From NCBI GenBank assembly GCA_050084515.1, contig CM114271.1:10416001-10480000 (forward strand): DNA of 64,000 nt, read 5' to 3'. Both the position numbers and the translations under genes were made by a program. The notes below the pieces were generated by a model. The model was not told the DNA's origin. It made no database searches and saw only the letters and a list, made by a program, of their open reading frames with translations. The number at the start of each line of letters is the position of its first letter. Within the stretch, counting starts at the first letter, position 1. Of the stretch, positions 36,207-48,699 are shown one piece after another. Origin of the DNA: Blasia pusilla (lineage: Eukaryota).

Positions 36207-36644
36207 GTGCATCTCTTTGAGAATGGCTGAAAAATCTGTAAACCATCTGCCTAGAATGTATAAAAACTTGCCCCACTCAACCAATTCCAAACAATCCTTA
36301 GCCCTTGTGATGGTCTTAACCAACTATAACACTAGAGGACGTCTCGCGCATATATCTACATCTTGTGGCAGGAAATCGCTACCAACCATTGCTTATAAGA
36401 CACTTGATTTCCCGTTGCTCTGACTCCCAACGAACGCTACCTGTGGTAAATCTATAGTAGAGGCACTTCCTAACTGAGAGAAGATAGCTTGCAATTTATT
36501 CACTAATGGAATGACCGATTGCCCTAGATATACAGTAGGTGGTGAAGAAGCAAGCGAAGCAGGAGAAGTAGGAGGGACTGCGGTGGATGGAGATGCAGGT
36601 GCCAATGGCTGCAATATTCGTTTGAGGTTGTGCCATGAGGTCAA
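36207..36644 (-). pseudogene. DRP3: Dynamin-related protein (DRP3-type) first coding exon fragment
   Basis: [64 protein letters not shown]...EWGKFL...FTDFSAILKEMH, then a GT donor. Two in-frame stops. Confidence 0.88.
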
Positions 36645-37115
36645 TTTTGTCTTGTCTGATGGATTAGTGGGAGCTACCGACTGCGTATCGATGTGTCAAT
36701 GCGTCTCCTAAGAGAAGCTCAAAAAAGATAGAAATTGAACTCTCATCAAAGGTGCTCAAGAGCAAAACGAGGACAAAGTGACACTAATGGCGTTTTCTTT
36801 CTGGAAAATAATGTTTGCAATCGCTTTCACGATACGAGAAAAGTAGATAATAACGAGAGTTTGGGGAGTTTCGACAAACAGAACTACTGTACCGTGGTCA
36901 CTAACCCCACAGACAGATTTGACGTCGACCCTCCTTCTCTTCATCTCACCCTCACCCTCACACTCACCCTATTTTATCCTCGCGATGTTGATGATCTCCC
37001 CTCTCCTCTCGCGACGCCATTTCCTGCCGCGTAGCATCCTCGCCGACTGCAAAATCTCATATCTACGCTTGCACCCCACGCGGTGGTGGGATTCAAAGCG
37101 CAAAACTTCCGTGAG

Positions 37116-37244
37116 CAAACGAGCAAACTCTTCCTTTGGTAATCCCACGTACTCTCTTCAAATGAGCAAACTCTTCCTTTGGTACTCCCGCGCACTCTCT
37201 TCAAACAAGCAAACTCTTCCTTTGCTACTCCCGTGCACTCTCTT
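37116..37244 (+). repeat. Tandem repeat, 3 x 43 bp
   Basis: CAAAcgAGCAAACTCTTCCTTTGgTAcTCCCgcGcACTCTCTT units start at 37116, 37159 and 37202. Confidence 0.9.
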
Positions 37245-37800
37245 CTGGCGCCCGCACTCTCCTAGGTTAGATCTCTTCACTCCGGGGCACTCTCTTCTTT
37301 AGAATAGATGTTCTAAAAGTCCCGTGCACGCATTTTCTTCTTACGCACAGGTAAACGTTCTCTACTAAACCCTTCAATTTTCCAATATTTTAAATTTGGA
37401 ATTAATTTTATTTAGGTATTGATTTTTATTTCCAAGTGTTCTAAATAATATTTAATTTTTTTAAGAAATATTTCAAATCAAAAAATCATATTAGTAATTG
37501 AGAATTTTTGAATTAATAATATGATAATAAATCCCAGTCATTTTATGGTTTCGTCATAATTAAAGTTAGCACATCATGCTTTAAAATGACTCAATAATTC
37601 CATTAACAATTTTCAAGATGATTAAGTCATGTCCCAAAATGATTCAACCATTTAGTCATATTTCTATATGATTGGAATATTATAATTTTATGGTTAGATA
37701 TGACTAACAAATGACTACGACCCATTCTAGTCATACGTTACAATCATGAAGAACTCTAGTCATTGGAGTCATAATCATAAAAACCATTATTTTCTTCTAA

Positions 37801-39436
37801 TGATACCCACAAATTTTTAATTTTGATGATCTACATATTTTTGTAATAAAAACAGAGGATAGATGCCTTCAGGAATGAAGGTGGAAGACTCTTTGAAGTA
37901 AATTTTGTACATACAAGGCTTTCTTGAATATTATTTTTGGTGTATTGAAAGAATGAGGAATATGGGAATAGATCATGAAGCTCCTAGGATAAGGCAGAGA
38001 GGTGGAACATCAAGGACTTGCCTTGGAGGAGAGGGAAATTAGCTAATGAATTCGGAAGACCAAGAGCAAAGCTTGGAAAAGACAACGAAGCACGAATAAA
38101 GAACCTGTTAATGAAGTACTTCGTTCCTCAAAGAAGTTGGAAGGCGAATACCAAAGTACTTCGTTCTTTAATGAACCACCAAAACGAAGCAACAGTACTT
38201 CGCGAAGGAACGAAGAACGAAGCACTTGGAACAAGAGTGGAGAGCCAAACGCTTCGCCAGTTAAAGAGGAAGAAGAGGTCCGGACTTTGCACCAAAGATA
38301 AGACTATCCGCGATTCCAAGCTGCACAACGTTAGAGTAGTTAGGCTAGGAAGAGGCGTGCCTTTCCAGAGCAAATAAGAAGCTAGAATAGTTACAATCAG
38401 CGGATTCCTAGGGATCATAGGAAGACTTAAGAGAACCGTAGATCAAAGTAGTTAAAAGATCTCATGAGATGTCTATTTAGCAAGAAGCACTTCAGATCTT
38501 TAGTATTGATATCGTTTGGAAGGATATTTAAGGATCATCAATGTAGTTATCAACGTCACTCTCTTACGATGTCCTTATACTGTAGGAATGGTCCGAGCAA
38601 GGGAGTAGTACCCTCTCGTGCTTGTATACACTTTGAAGTCATCTTCTTCTTGATGGAATAGTAAAGGGCCCATTTCTTCATTCTGATGTGCCGCGTGTAT
38701 GCATGAGTGAGCTTATTGGATCTACAGAGTGAGGAGTGGATTGGGAGAGCAACTTTCACCAATAGAATAATGAACATCGAGATGTGAGAAATCTGTTTGA
38801 CAAAGAGTAGCTTGCCAAGACGGATTGAGTTCTGAGAATAGGAGAAGCCATCTCGTTGCTGAGATCTCTGTAAGGTTGTTTGGTGTTGAGTGAGGATCTG
38901 CCTGAACGTTCATTCGATTCCACTTGAGAGAACAGAGGGAGGGAAAATCTTGGTACTTGTGAGAAGGAGAATGAGCGGATGAATGTTTGAATATGTTTCG
39001 TATCAACTTCACATAAACAACACACTTTAAACTCTCTTTTTTGATAATAGTGATGCTCTTGGGGATCAAATTTCACAAATAGTTCCCTAAACAATTACTT
39101 TTTAGTATCCTTGTACATTACATGCAGGAACTGAAAATTCTTGGCGCCGCTGCCGGGGATCGAAATATTAGCCGAGGAGAGAGGAAGAGAGTGATGGGTG
39201 AAGAGGAGGAGGAGGGAGAAGCCTCTCTGCCTGCGAAACCCAGCCATTTACTTCTCACGGAAGAGCATCTCCTATCTCTAGCTATCCTAGTTATATTTCG
39301 TATCAACATAACTATCAACTTCACATAACCAACACACTTTATACTTCTTTTTTTCGGATAATAGTGATGCTCTTGGGGATCAAATTTCATAAATACTTCC
39401 CAAAACGATTACTTTTTAGTATCCTTGTACATTACA
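37801..39436 (+). mobile_element. Internally deleted family-C element: LTR (37801-39122), PBS, ~150 bp leader, then 3' tip of a second LTR (~39292-39436)
   Basis: Two TGTACATTACA ends (39122, 39436). Leader MGEEEEEGEASLPAKPSHLLLTEEHL is homologous to 27532. Confidence 0.8.
39142..39164 (+). promoter_or_regulatory. PBS, tRNA-Asp
   Basis: TGGCGCCGCTGCCGGGGATCGAA, near-perfect complement of the plant tRNA-Asp(GUC) 3' end. Confidence 0.85.
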
Positions 39437-41204
39437 TTTTGTTTTTGTGAGGTTATCCTAGCATTAAGACTGAGGCACATGATGCCAAAATAATAGCAAA
39501 CGTTAGCTTGGCAAATTGGGTAAATAGTTGCCTAACCTTTCTTAACGCATCCACTTCACAAAGCCAGGATGCTACCTACTTGATGCACAACATCTGTCAA
39601 TTCTCTGAAAATATGTGCTCCCCGATTCTACAAGGCTACTACCGGACATCCGCCCCATTGTTTTGATTCCCACCTTTAGCTTCCGCGGCCAGTTTAGTAC
39701 AGGAGGATAGCGACACGTTACTAGACCCGGATTTCTTTACCTCATCATCCAAATCTGTACATGCATCATAGTAGCAGGGTGGTCATCCAAGGCTTATGAT
39801 CATGTTGTTGTACTTTTTGAGCCGAGCTTGTGTTGCGCAGTAAAAGCAGAGGCTATTCAGCCAATTGTGTTTTTGTCAGCCTTATGTGTCCTTGGAATCT
39901 GAGTGAAGTTTTTGCAATAGCCGCGCCATTGCTTCTTACTAACGTGATGTCTTATTGCTTTTAGTTGGCTGGACTGATCTTAGGAAACTAGCTCACCGTA
40001 TTAGGTATGCCTACTCACTTGCTCTAATATAAAGTCGGCGGATTGTGCCTTATTAGAGTTTCATGTTTATAAACGGTTTGAAGGCAATGGCTAAGGTCGG
40101 CATTGTTGTGAATGCTTGTTGGATGAATGTCATTATTTTCCTCACTGTGCGCATTATGTTGTTATTCTCCATTGGATACCTAGAGCTTTGTAGCTACTCA
40201 CATTTGTATCTATGACTTGCCATGCACAAAGTCCCTCGCTGCCTAAGTGTATTTTCAGAGTCTTGTTGAACCGTACATATTTCTGCTGGTGTACCAACGT
40301 AATTCCTCGATGTCATTTCATTCAGCATGGTTAAAAACTGGCCATCACAAATCACACCCTTCTCAGTTACACTCAGAGCAGCTTGACATTATAGGTAACT
40401 TATATAACATTTTACACACCCCCTCCACCAACCCACGGGATTCAAGTGTGCCAAACTTGGCCTGCATTGCATAGTTGTTCACACTAGCCTCATGCATGTG
40501 TGTTCAGAGTTTCCCACAATATAGTGTTGGATTGTGGTTGTTATCCGGAACAATCAGCCTTGGGCTACACATGCACCTACGAAAGCACCACCCTCTTGCA
40601 GCCACAACATCATGCTAGCGTGGAAATAAAAATACCAACTGTGTAGTCCCAATATATCTTTGACATCCGCCCAACACCTACCCTGTTGGAACAATGGTAT
40701 GAGCAGGTATGTCCAGCTGAGAAATATATGTTACTTAATCTTATGCAATAACCTGACACTGCAATATCTTTACCCACATTTACATACCACCTACCGATTT
40801 GATGTGCCATTGATCTTCTCGTGTTGTATTGCCTTACCTACTTCAATTGACCTTGCTTACTTATTTGCCACAATTCACACTGCACGATGGTATCGTGTAT
40901 AAGTGCCATTAATGTAAGACGTACGCAAACTCTGAATGCATCCAGGTTGAAGTTATGTAGAGAACTCAGTAAGGCCAGGGAGAACAGCAAAAACAAGTTG
41001 TTGCATAAGTCTGTTAGTAAAGACTAGCCATGCATAGATGCGCTTTGAAAAAATAAAGAAATTATTAAAGGAATAAAAATTAAACAGAAAAGAATTACAA
41101 AAAAAATAATTTCAACAACGGTGTGAATTAGGAAATAAACAGGAGTGAAAATTTGAGGAACATGCGCTCTGGACAAGCCACTATGAGTCCCTTATAAAAA
41201 AAGA

Positions 41205-44200
41205 TGAAGTGTTGCGGATTTTGCGGCGTAGTTTCTTGTAATACCAGCCAGTTGAGAATAAAAACCTTGACAACAAATGTCTACCCACCCTATGCCCTCT
41301 GCAACAGAGACATGCTACAGTATATCATACCAGCTCCTAGAAAGTTTTATATTTTCCAGCATTGCAAGACTACTAGTACTTAGACAACCCATAACATTTA
41401 CATGACCCCTGCATATATGGGAGATGTACTTACAGTCAACCCACTTCATCTTCAACTCCTGTCCCTTGTAGACTCTCGAATAGGGATCAAAACAAAGTAC
41501 AATGGCAGCCAGCTGAGAATGACAACCTTGACAACAGATGTCTACCCACCCCATGCCCGGTGCAACCAAGACATGCTACAATATATCATACCAGCTCATG
41601 GAAAGTTTTATATTTTCCAGCATTGCAAGACTACTGGAGCTTAGACAACCCATAACGTTTACATGACCCCTGCATATATGGGAGATGTACTTACAGTCAA
41701 CCCACTTTCAGCTCCTTTCCCTTGTAGACTCCCAAATAGGGATCAAAACAAAGTACAAAGGCTTCCACCGTGGATTTTTTTTGTCTTGAGTCGCTAATCG
41801 ATTTCCCTCTTGTTGGCTGGAATATGCGCTCGCCTATCCCTATTGATCCACATTACATATACAGGCAAGTTAGGAGCGTGCTACTAGTGAATCTCTATGT
41901 TAATGATTTGTACTTGCAGTATATGCCGCTCATTGAGCAGCCTGACCCTACATGCGGCCTAGTAATCTTGCCATCTTCATCGGTACATGTGATTCTTAAG
42001 GCATCTCAGGAGAAGGGGAAATTCACCCACAGTAAGGCAGCTGACCCATATAGCACAGAGATGAATGTCGTGGAGGATGTGCACTACTCACTTCCAGTAA
42101 AGAGGAGGGCATCATATGATATCTTTCATAATGTTTGTGTATACATTAGAAATAGTGCGCATTCTCGGGAACAAATTTTGAGTGACAAAAATGGCGTATC
42201 CCCGGATAGAACACTTACTATTGAGATTGGAATATTCCCATTTCTTTTTTCGTATTTAAGAGGATATTTTACTGGGTTCCCATCCTTTGTTGAGTACCTT
42301 CGGGCACGTATAAAGCAGTTATTCATTGTTTTAACACTATATAATATAAGCCGTATATGCTCATAATGCACCAATTACATCAGTCCATAGCTCTTGCATC
42401 ATCTGCCCGAACATGCATCCTTAATCGAGAGCTAGACCAGCTCAGATAAAAACAACCAGACTTACCTGATGAAGACCTCTATTCTCGGCTTGCAAAGTAA
42501 ACGTTTAGCGCACAATTACCAGGCGGCCCAGCTTAGCATCACAAACAGGTAAGGGACCTCAGAGCCATGGTTGCCAAGTCGGGGATGCTTGAATTCTTCT
42601 TGACCCTCACGTCAGACAAGCTTTAAGATACCAAGTGGCGAGAGATCCTTGACATTGAGCACATTGTGAAGAAGTTTGACAACACATTTTCTTGGAGGGA
42701 TGCACCAGTGGAGTGTGCAGTGCTTTTTCATACTAGATTGAAGATGTTCTTTCACAATTGCCTCCTTAATGGGCCACAATTGCTTGGTAGGATAACCAAC
42801 TACTTTATTAGGTATGAAATATAGGGTAGGGGGAGCCTCCATTCACACATTATCCTTTGGGTTAATATGATCACGCACCTTATTGCCAAATGGGATTCCC
42901 AACAGCACCCAATTACAAAGTGAAACCATCAATAGATCCCATTAACCAAAAGTGGATTTACCATAGGCCAGGCTATGAAAACCGTTATGTCATCCCGTAC
43001 CTTCTTGCTATACTACTGCTTTGGGGGGCTCACATGAATCTACAGCGAGTTACAAATGTAGAGTGGTCCTTCTACCTGCTCAAGTATGCATTGAAATATG
43101 AACCACATGGGGCTTTAAATATTACTACAGAGTGTGCTAAGTACCTAGGGTTGGAGGGACTTGATGAAGTGAGGTTAAAGCTGATATCTGGCATGGTGGT
43201 AAATAGATCTGTGTCATCTACAGAAGCAGCACTTACTGCTCTCAAGATCCCAATTATCCACAGATCTCAAGGTGTTCATTATATTGACTCAAACCCACAG
43301 AGTCAAAGAACAATGATATATAAGGATGCGACAACACTCTGCATACATCCATGGTTACTCTACTGTCATCGGCCTTCATCCTTAACGCGCCTAACATTTT
43401 TTTAGTTTTGGTCAGATTTTGAGGTACTAGGATCCCCGTTCATCCCAAACAAAAAACTTCGTTGGCATAGATTCAATTGGAAACTTTGTTTATAGCACAA
43501 AGAGATTGGTGCGTTTCACTGAACATCACCCCTAACATCAATGGAATGAATTCTTTTTTAATGTCCTACTTAGCCATATCACTTTCAGGTCAGAGTCTGA
43601 GGTAGTGAGTAGCACGTAACCGCAATGGTCCTACTTGCACGAATGCCTATACATGGGTATACTTGATGATTCATATGGTATTGTTAATGAAATCAAGAAG
43701 CATGCACAAAAGTGCTTGTGGAGCGAGGTTCACGCAAGTGAGGTGATCTCCAAAATATTAGACATAGCACGCCCATATCTTGAACTTGAGATAAATCCTG
43801 CTATATATGACAACACTCTTAACTAGGAAAGCGAATACCCTAGTACAGATTCCAGTGGTACCGCGTTGATAGCGCCCCTTGATACCCTCAACCATGAGCA
43901 GTTGCAATTATATAACCAGTTAAGTGTTCTTACCTCTAGGCTAGTTATGGCTATAGGTCCAACAAGGAGTGGTAAGACTTTCTTTATTAAATTCATGCAG
44001 AAGTATTGGGAGTCTAGGTCTGTGACAACTTTATTAGTAGCCACAACAGGGATAGCTGCTGTACGCCTACACACATCGGCCACTACAGTGCCCCCTGCTT
44101 TTGCTATACCTCTAAAGGGAATTGTGCCATCCATACACACTACATGTAAGCAATATCTACGCTCAAAGGATGCCGTTGTTATTGTCATAGACGAGTGTTC

Positions 44201-45173
44201 CATGTTGACGTGTCGCCTATTGCAGATCATTGCCATGAGGTTATATGAGGTATCCCCATCCTCAAATCTTAACCCATTTTCTTTTAAGCTGGTTGTACTT
44301 GTTGGCGATCTTTGTCAGTTGCCCTTAGTCTACCGACATAGGGTAGAACAAATTTTCCCCCTTTGCCACATATCGTCTTCGCCATTCTACGATAGCATGC
44401 TTAAGTTTAAGCTCTCCATTGCTGTTAGGCATGCCGCCAATCCTGTGTTCTTGGATTTCTTGACAAGAATGAGACACCAAGTGCCAACGCAGCTTGATAT
44501 AAGCAATCACCTTATTTCCTGTTTTGTTGATGAAGATGTAACTATCAGTTTTATAGATGCCGAGACACAAGTAATTTGTACTCGTAAATCTGATGTCAGT
44601 CTCTTTAACCTTGTGGCACTAAGGAGACTATACGACGATGCAAACATTTTTTCTGTTCATGTATCCACTGATGCACATTTGACCTGCACTTTCATAAGTG
44701 GATTAGTGACACTGATTTTCATCAGATCTCCTTTCTTGCATTAGGTTGTAAGGTGCTTCTCACGTCGAATATTGAGATTGGTAATCAAGCAATTAATGGT
44801 GCCTCTGCAACTCTCGTTGAGTGTATTTACTCATCCAACCAGATACTAGCCATTGTTATCAGGCTACACTCAAACAACAAGCTTGTACGCGTGGGCCGAA
44901 CGAACTTCTATACTCTCCATCATGGCATGACCAAAAGTATCACAAAAAAAAATTCCACTTATTCTCGGCTATGCCATGACTGGCCACAAGAGCCACAACT
45001 TAACTTTTCATGGTAAATGCTTGCTGGTCGTCAAGTCAGCTTTTGCCACAGGCTTGATCTATGTCATGCTCTCCCGGGTTAAGGGTGTATCCAATCTAAG
45101 AATTTTTGGTTCTATCAACCCACCAGACTTGGCAATTTTTGGGCAGAGTAGTGATGTTTCTACTTGTTCTTAA
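41205..45173 (+). pseudogene. Helitron RepHel transposase (HUH Rep + PIF1 helicase), Helitron2/Helentron-like, decayed
   Basis: CCGFC Cys motif; DLRAMV..G..EFFLTLT; YEI*GRGSLHSHIILW (HUH); WGAHMNLQ...YLLKY. Helicase GPTRSGKT, ATTGIAA, IDECSML, GDLCQLP, YAMTGHKS, YVMLSRV. Confidence 0.88.
41245..41761 (+). repeat. Tandem duplication (~261-bp unit) within RepHel
   Basis: CAGCCAG.TGAGAAT...AAACAAAGTACAA repeats at 41245 and 41506. Confidence 0.9.
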
Positions 45174-45174
45174 C

Positions 45175-46217
45175 AAGCATTGTTTGTGAATAGTAAGGCA
45201 ACAAGTGACGGGTCTGCAAGGGGATGGGGACGAAAGGTTGCTACTCCTACTACACCACTCAATGCAGCAGATAAGCCTATTCCTGTTGCGCCCGCTCCGC
45301 TTTCATAAGTGACAGTAGCTCCGAAAAACATGCGGATACATTGTGTACACCAAATATCTTGTTGGAGCGAGGAGATCAACAACCCAACAACACCACACAG
45401 GTTTGCACACACCTCACTCTTGCTTCATTTCATGTGTGGGCATTAGCAACTACTAACCAATGTTCTACCAGGTACCGAGGTCATATGTTGACTTCGCAAA
45501 GATGATACTCAATGATATGCCTGAGCTCCCAGAAGAAAATACCCCTCAAGTGGTACCCCCAACCGAGGCTCAACTTAAGTATGTTAATAGCTTAGGCTCG
45601 GATCAGTCTTACTGGGGGAGCGACATATCAAGCCGACAAATAAGCAGGTTGATTGATAAGAGGAAAGCTTGGGCTGTCTCTTTTCGTGACTCTAGGAAGT
45701 AGCCCCCAGCAACAAGTACATGTTTTAACTAGCTTTCACTTGGGAGTTTCATTTACGTCTGTCTTCTCGTTATACCACCTCATCTTACCATATCCCCACT
45801 TTGTTGCAGGTATCCAAAAAGGAAGTAATGACATTCAAGGGGATGGAGTTCAGTGAGTTTGACTTAAACCAACAGCATGCTGCATCACACTATGCAAAAC
45901 TTATAGGGGGGATTAAACCTGACTAGTTCCAAGAACTCCGGGTTATTATGAAACTTCCAATTCAGCTTCTTGTGGGCTTGTCGTTTGCATAGGCAACACA
46001 CCTCTTAACCCGTCTGAAAGATGCACGAGAAGATGATGTTATTTCAAATGCACCATATGCAATGGCACACAGTTTTGCTGATGTTGACTACCACTCCCTA
46101 TTAAATGTAGATAGTATCTCTGGCAGCCGTTCTACCTCTGTCTACTTGAAGGCTAATGTCGCATCATACAATGGCTCAGCCCTACCAGAGTCTCCGAACA
46201 AAAGGAAGTGCGCCTAA
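45175..46217 (+). pseudogene. Unidentified spliced gene directly after the helicase
   Basis: Intron 45401-45471 (GT, TACTAAC branch point, CAG) and intron ~45716-45809. Exons encode PPTEAQLKYVNSLG...ISRLIDKRK and end in SPNKRKCA*. Contains stops. Confidence 0.5.
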
Positions 46218-46894
46218 GCTCTATAAGGTGAGTTCACCATCGACCTACCTTTCATTACTGTATTTTTATCATTGTCATGGGGATTGGTTTTAACTTTTTC
46301 TATTTATCTCTACAGAAGTGCACTTACCTATCCAACTGTGTAACCATCGAATCATAAGGCGATGGAGAATTCATGTCCAAAAGTTCTCTCTAACTTTATA
46401 TGCGTTTAGCCAGTTCTACTGTTACTAAGGCAGATATTTCCACTGTTAATCACAGAGCCGATGAACTCGGTCTAGACTATTTTTTCATGTAGCAACTTAT
46501 ATGGCTATTAGTATGGCATATGAAGTTTGCTGACTAGTTGTTCTCAGTCCTATTTCAGGTTTATGGCATTTTTTTGTACACTCGCCAACTACTGATATGA
46601 CACCTCAATGATATCTTGGTTTCTTTACATGTCTCAGTCCTATAATTCAGCATGCGCTTGCTCCTGCTCTACATTTGCTCACCTGCTTCTTAGTGAGTTG
46701 TATTGGTTGTTGTTTACTGAGTTGTGTACATCTTATCGAATATTGTATCTTATTGCAAAATAAATTACTTTATGTGATCCATCTATCCTGCTTTGTTGCA
46801 TCTCAGTGTACCTTAGTACAATTAATGTGATTGCTTTGCTGCTTGCAAAAAACACTACCCGCCTACTAGCAGCGACTACATGACACCAACAAAG

Positions 46895-47233
46895 ATGGCC
46901 ACCGATCCTGCTCAATCTCTAAGGCAAAAACAACAGCGAGACAAGGGCAAGTAGGCTATTAATCAGGAATACGTCACAGTCGGTATTGCAACCAAGGTGT
47001 CATTGGCGCTTTTTAACGCGGCTCTAGCAAACATAGAAAATCTACAGGCTTGACTACAAAAACGTGAATTGCGTAACGCCACACTACAGCAAGTAATGCA
47101 GTATATAAGCAAAGATCATGAAGATAATATAGCAACAATTGTTGAGTTACAACAGGAACTTACTAATGTGTACAGAGAGCTGAGCCATCTTAACAAATAT
47201 TGCGTCATCAAGTACCGAGATAATACCCAGTGA
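46895..47233 (+). pseudogene. Short coiled-coil-like ORF with two stops
   Basis: MATDPAQSLRQKQQRDKGK*...LANIENLQA*LQKRE...IVELQQELTNVYRELSHL. Stops TAG and TGA fit CAG/CGA deamination. Confidence 0.4.
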
Positions 47234-48699
47234 GCGCAACATCTCAGTTTTATCCAGTCTTTATCTCCACTTATGTAGTCTGTAGCTGTCTGGACCCCTT
47301 AAGTTTGAAATTTTCCACTAATTCCAGCTTATCAACCAATTATATCTATGCTACACGGAAATTTGCAGTTTCTTCGCAACAATCAGATGTTTCCTTCATT
47401 AGCTGCACACTTATAACACTTTTTGTGTTCAACATATTCCGCTACCTTTTGTGTATGGCAGCTATGCAACTCTACGCTTAAAAATTCCATCAGTTTCTCA
47501 TCGTCAGTTCTAGTCATGGTGACATTGTAATTTCTTCAATAAGTTCATAGTCACCACTTCCTTGCCATTGCAATATAACATGGTACTTTTGCTCATGTAT
47601 GTACACACCAAGGTCTTGTTATTCACTGTTGTGTTCCATCCACAATGATTGACTTTACACATACATACTAGGTTTCCGTTAACTCAAATGTTATAGCCAT
47701 CAACATTTTTCCTCATCCACAATCATGTCTACACACGTCTATCAAAGTTTTACCATCGTTGCTGTTGTTTCTACTACACTCCCATTGGGACATGTGTGCA
47801 TTGCAGTTCATTTGTGCACTACAAGTTAACCATCTTAAGTGTACCAATGCTAACACTAATCTCTGGGCTGGTGCAATCAATCTTATCAACTCCCACTGCT
47901 TGTCATTTCAGTTACACAATTTATCCCCTCATATCGTGTTGTACACTTCATTAACCGACTACAACTGCCTCATTGCTTCATCGGTCTCGCTCGCACAAAT
48001 GCACACGGAAAAAATCATCTTATTACCATTTTTTCAGTTCATTACATCTCATTTTCGTTCATTGCGCTGCAACTTGAGCCGCTCCTCGGCCTAGCTCATT
48101 TGCTCGTCAATTCATTCAACCCGTTTCGCCTTACGCTACTCACACACACGATAATTGATTTTACTGCCATTTTTTCACCGGCTACGCGACCATTGCTTTC
48201 CACAGACTTACCTAGTTCATGGTGGCTAATTCACACTAAAACGCTTTGCGGGCAGTTCAAGGACGTATTCTTGTTGATTAATATATATTCCACCGAAATC
48301 CCTGTTCATTTCCTTTGCTCTATTTCTATCCATCTAACAAGGCTCAAGAAACAAAAGATGTTGTCTGTTTTGTCTTATTGTCCTATTGTGCATACTAGTG
48401 AGAAATTTCAAAATCTCCATCATTAACTCCCTTCAACCATAAACAATTAGAAAAACGAAAAAATAAATTTTGAAGTTAATTGACAAGTGTCGAATGGGAT
48501 GAGGTTCGATAACAATATAGATAGATGTGGTCGCCCATCATTAGATAGATTAAAGAATGGGATTACCCTTCCCGCAAGGACAGGCGCGCGCGATGGCGCT
48601 GCACGGCCGCCGGGACGAGAGGATATTGGGTTCCGAAGAGGAGAGGACATGGAGGAGGAGGACTATGGCGGAGGAGATAGAGGGACGTATAGATTTTTT

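Larger units (their letters stand above)
35504..37802. mobile_element. CACTA (En/Spm) non-autonomous element end, with adjacent gene fragments inferred as cargo
   Basis: Terminus 37790-37802 reads CATTAGAAGAAAA on the minus strand (CACTA TIR with C>T). About ten ATGAC(T)/(A)GTCAT subterminal repeats in both orientations at 37530-37775. Other end not found. Confidence 0.65.

Noticed and set aside
35745-36323. 192-aa ORF as a genuine single gene
   Set aside because: It is a composite of the DRP3 exon end, a GA-repeat UTR, PDS exon 1 and intron sequence. Reported as a capture chimera instead.
37116-37244. CRISPR-like array
   Set aside because: Head-to-tail units without unique spacers, no cas genes, eukaryotic context.
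39142-39164. tRNA gene
   Set aside because: Only the 3'-terminal complement including CCA, next to an LTR. This is a PBS, with no cloverleaf.
39437-41200. Possible exons upstream of RepHel
   Set aside because: Some splice-like signals are present but there is no identifiable protein similarity, so it is left unannotated.
48075-48097. GCCG-CTCCT-CGGC hairpin plus CTAG as the Helitron 3' end
   Set aside because: The stem is only 4 bp, there is no spacer before CTAG, and it is not followed by T. Helitron termini remain undefined.
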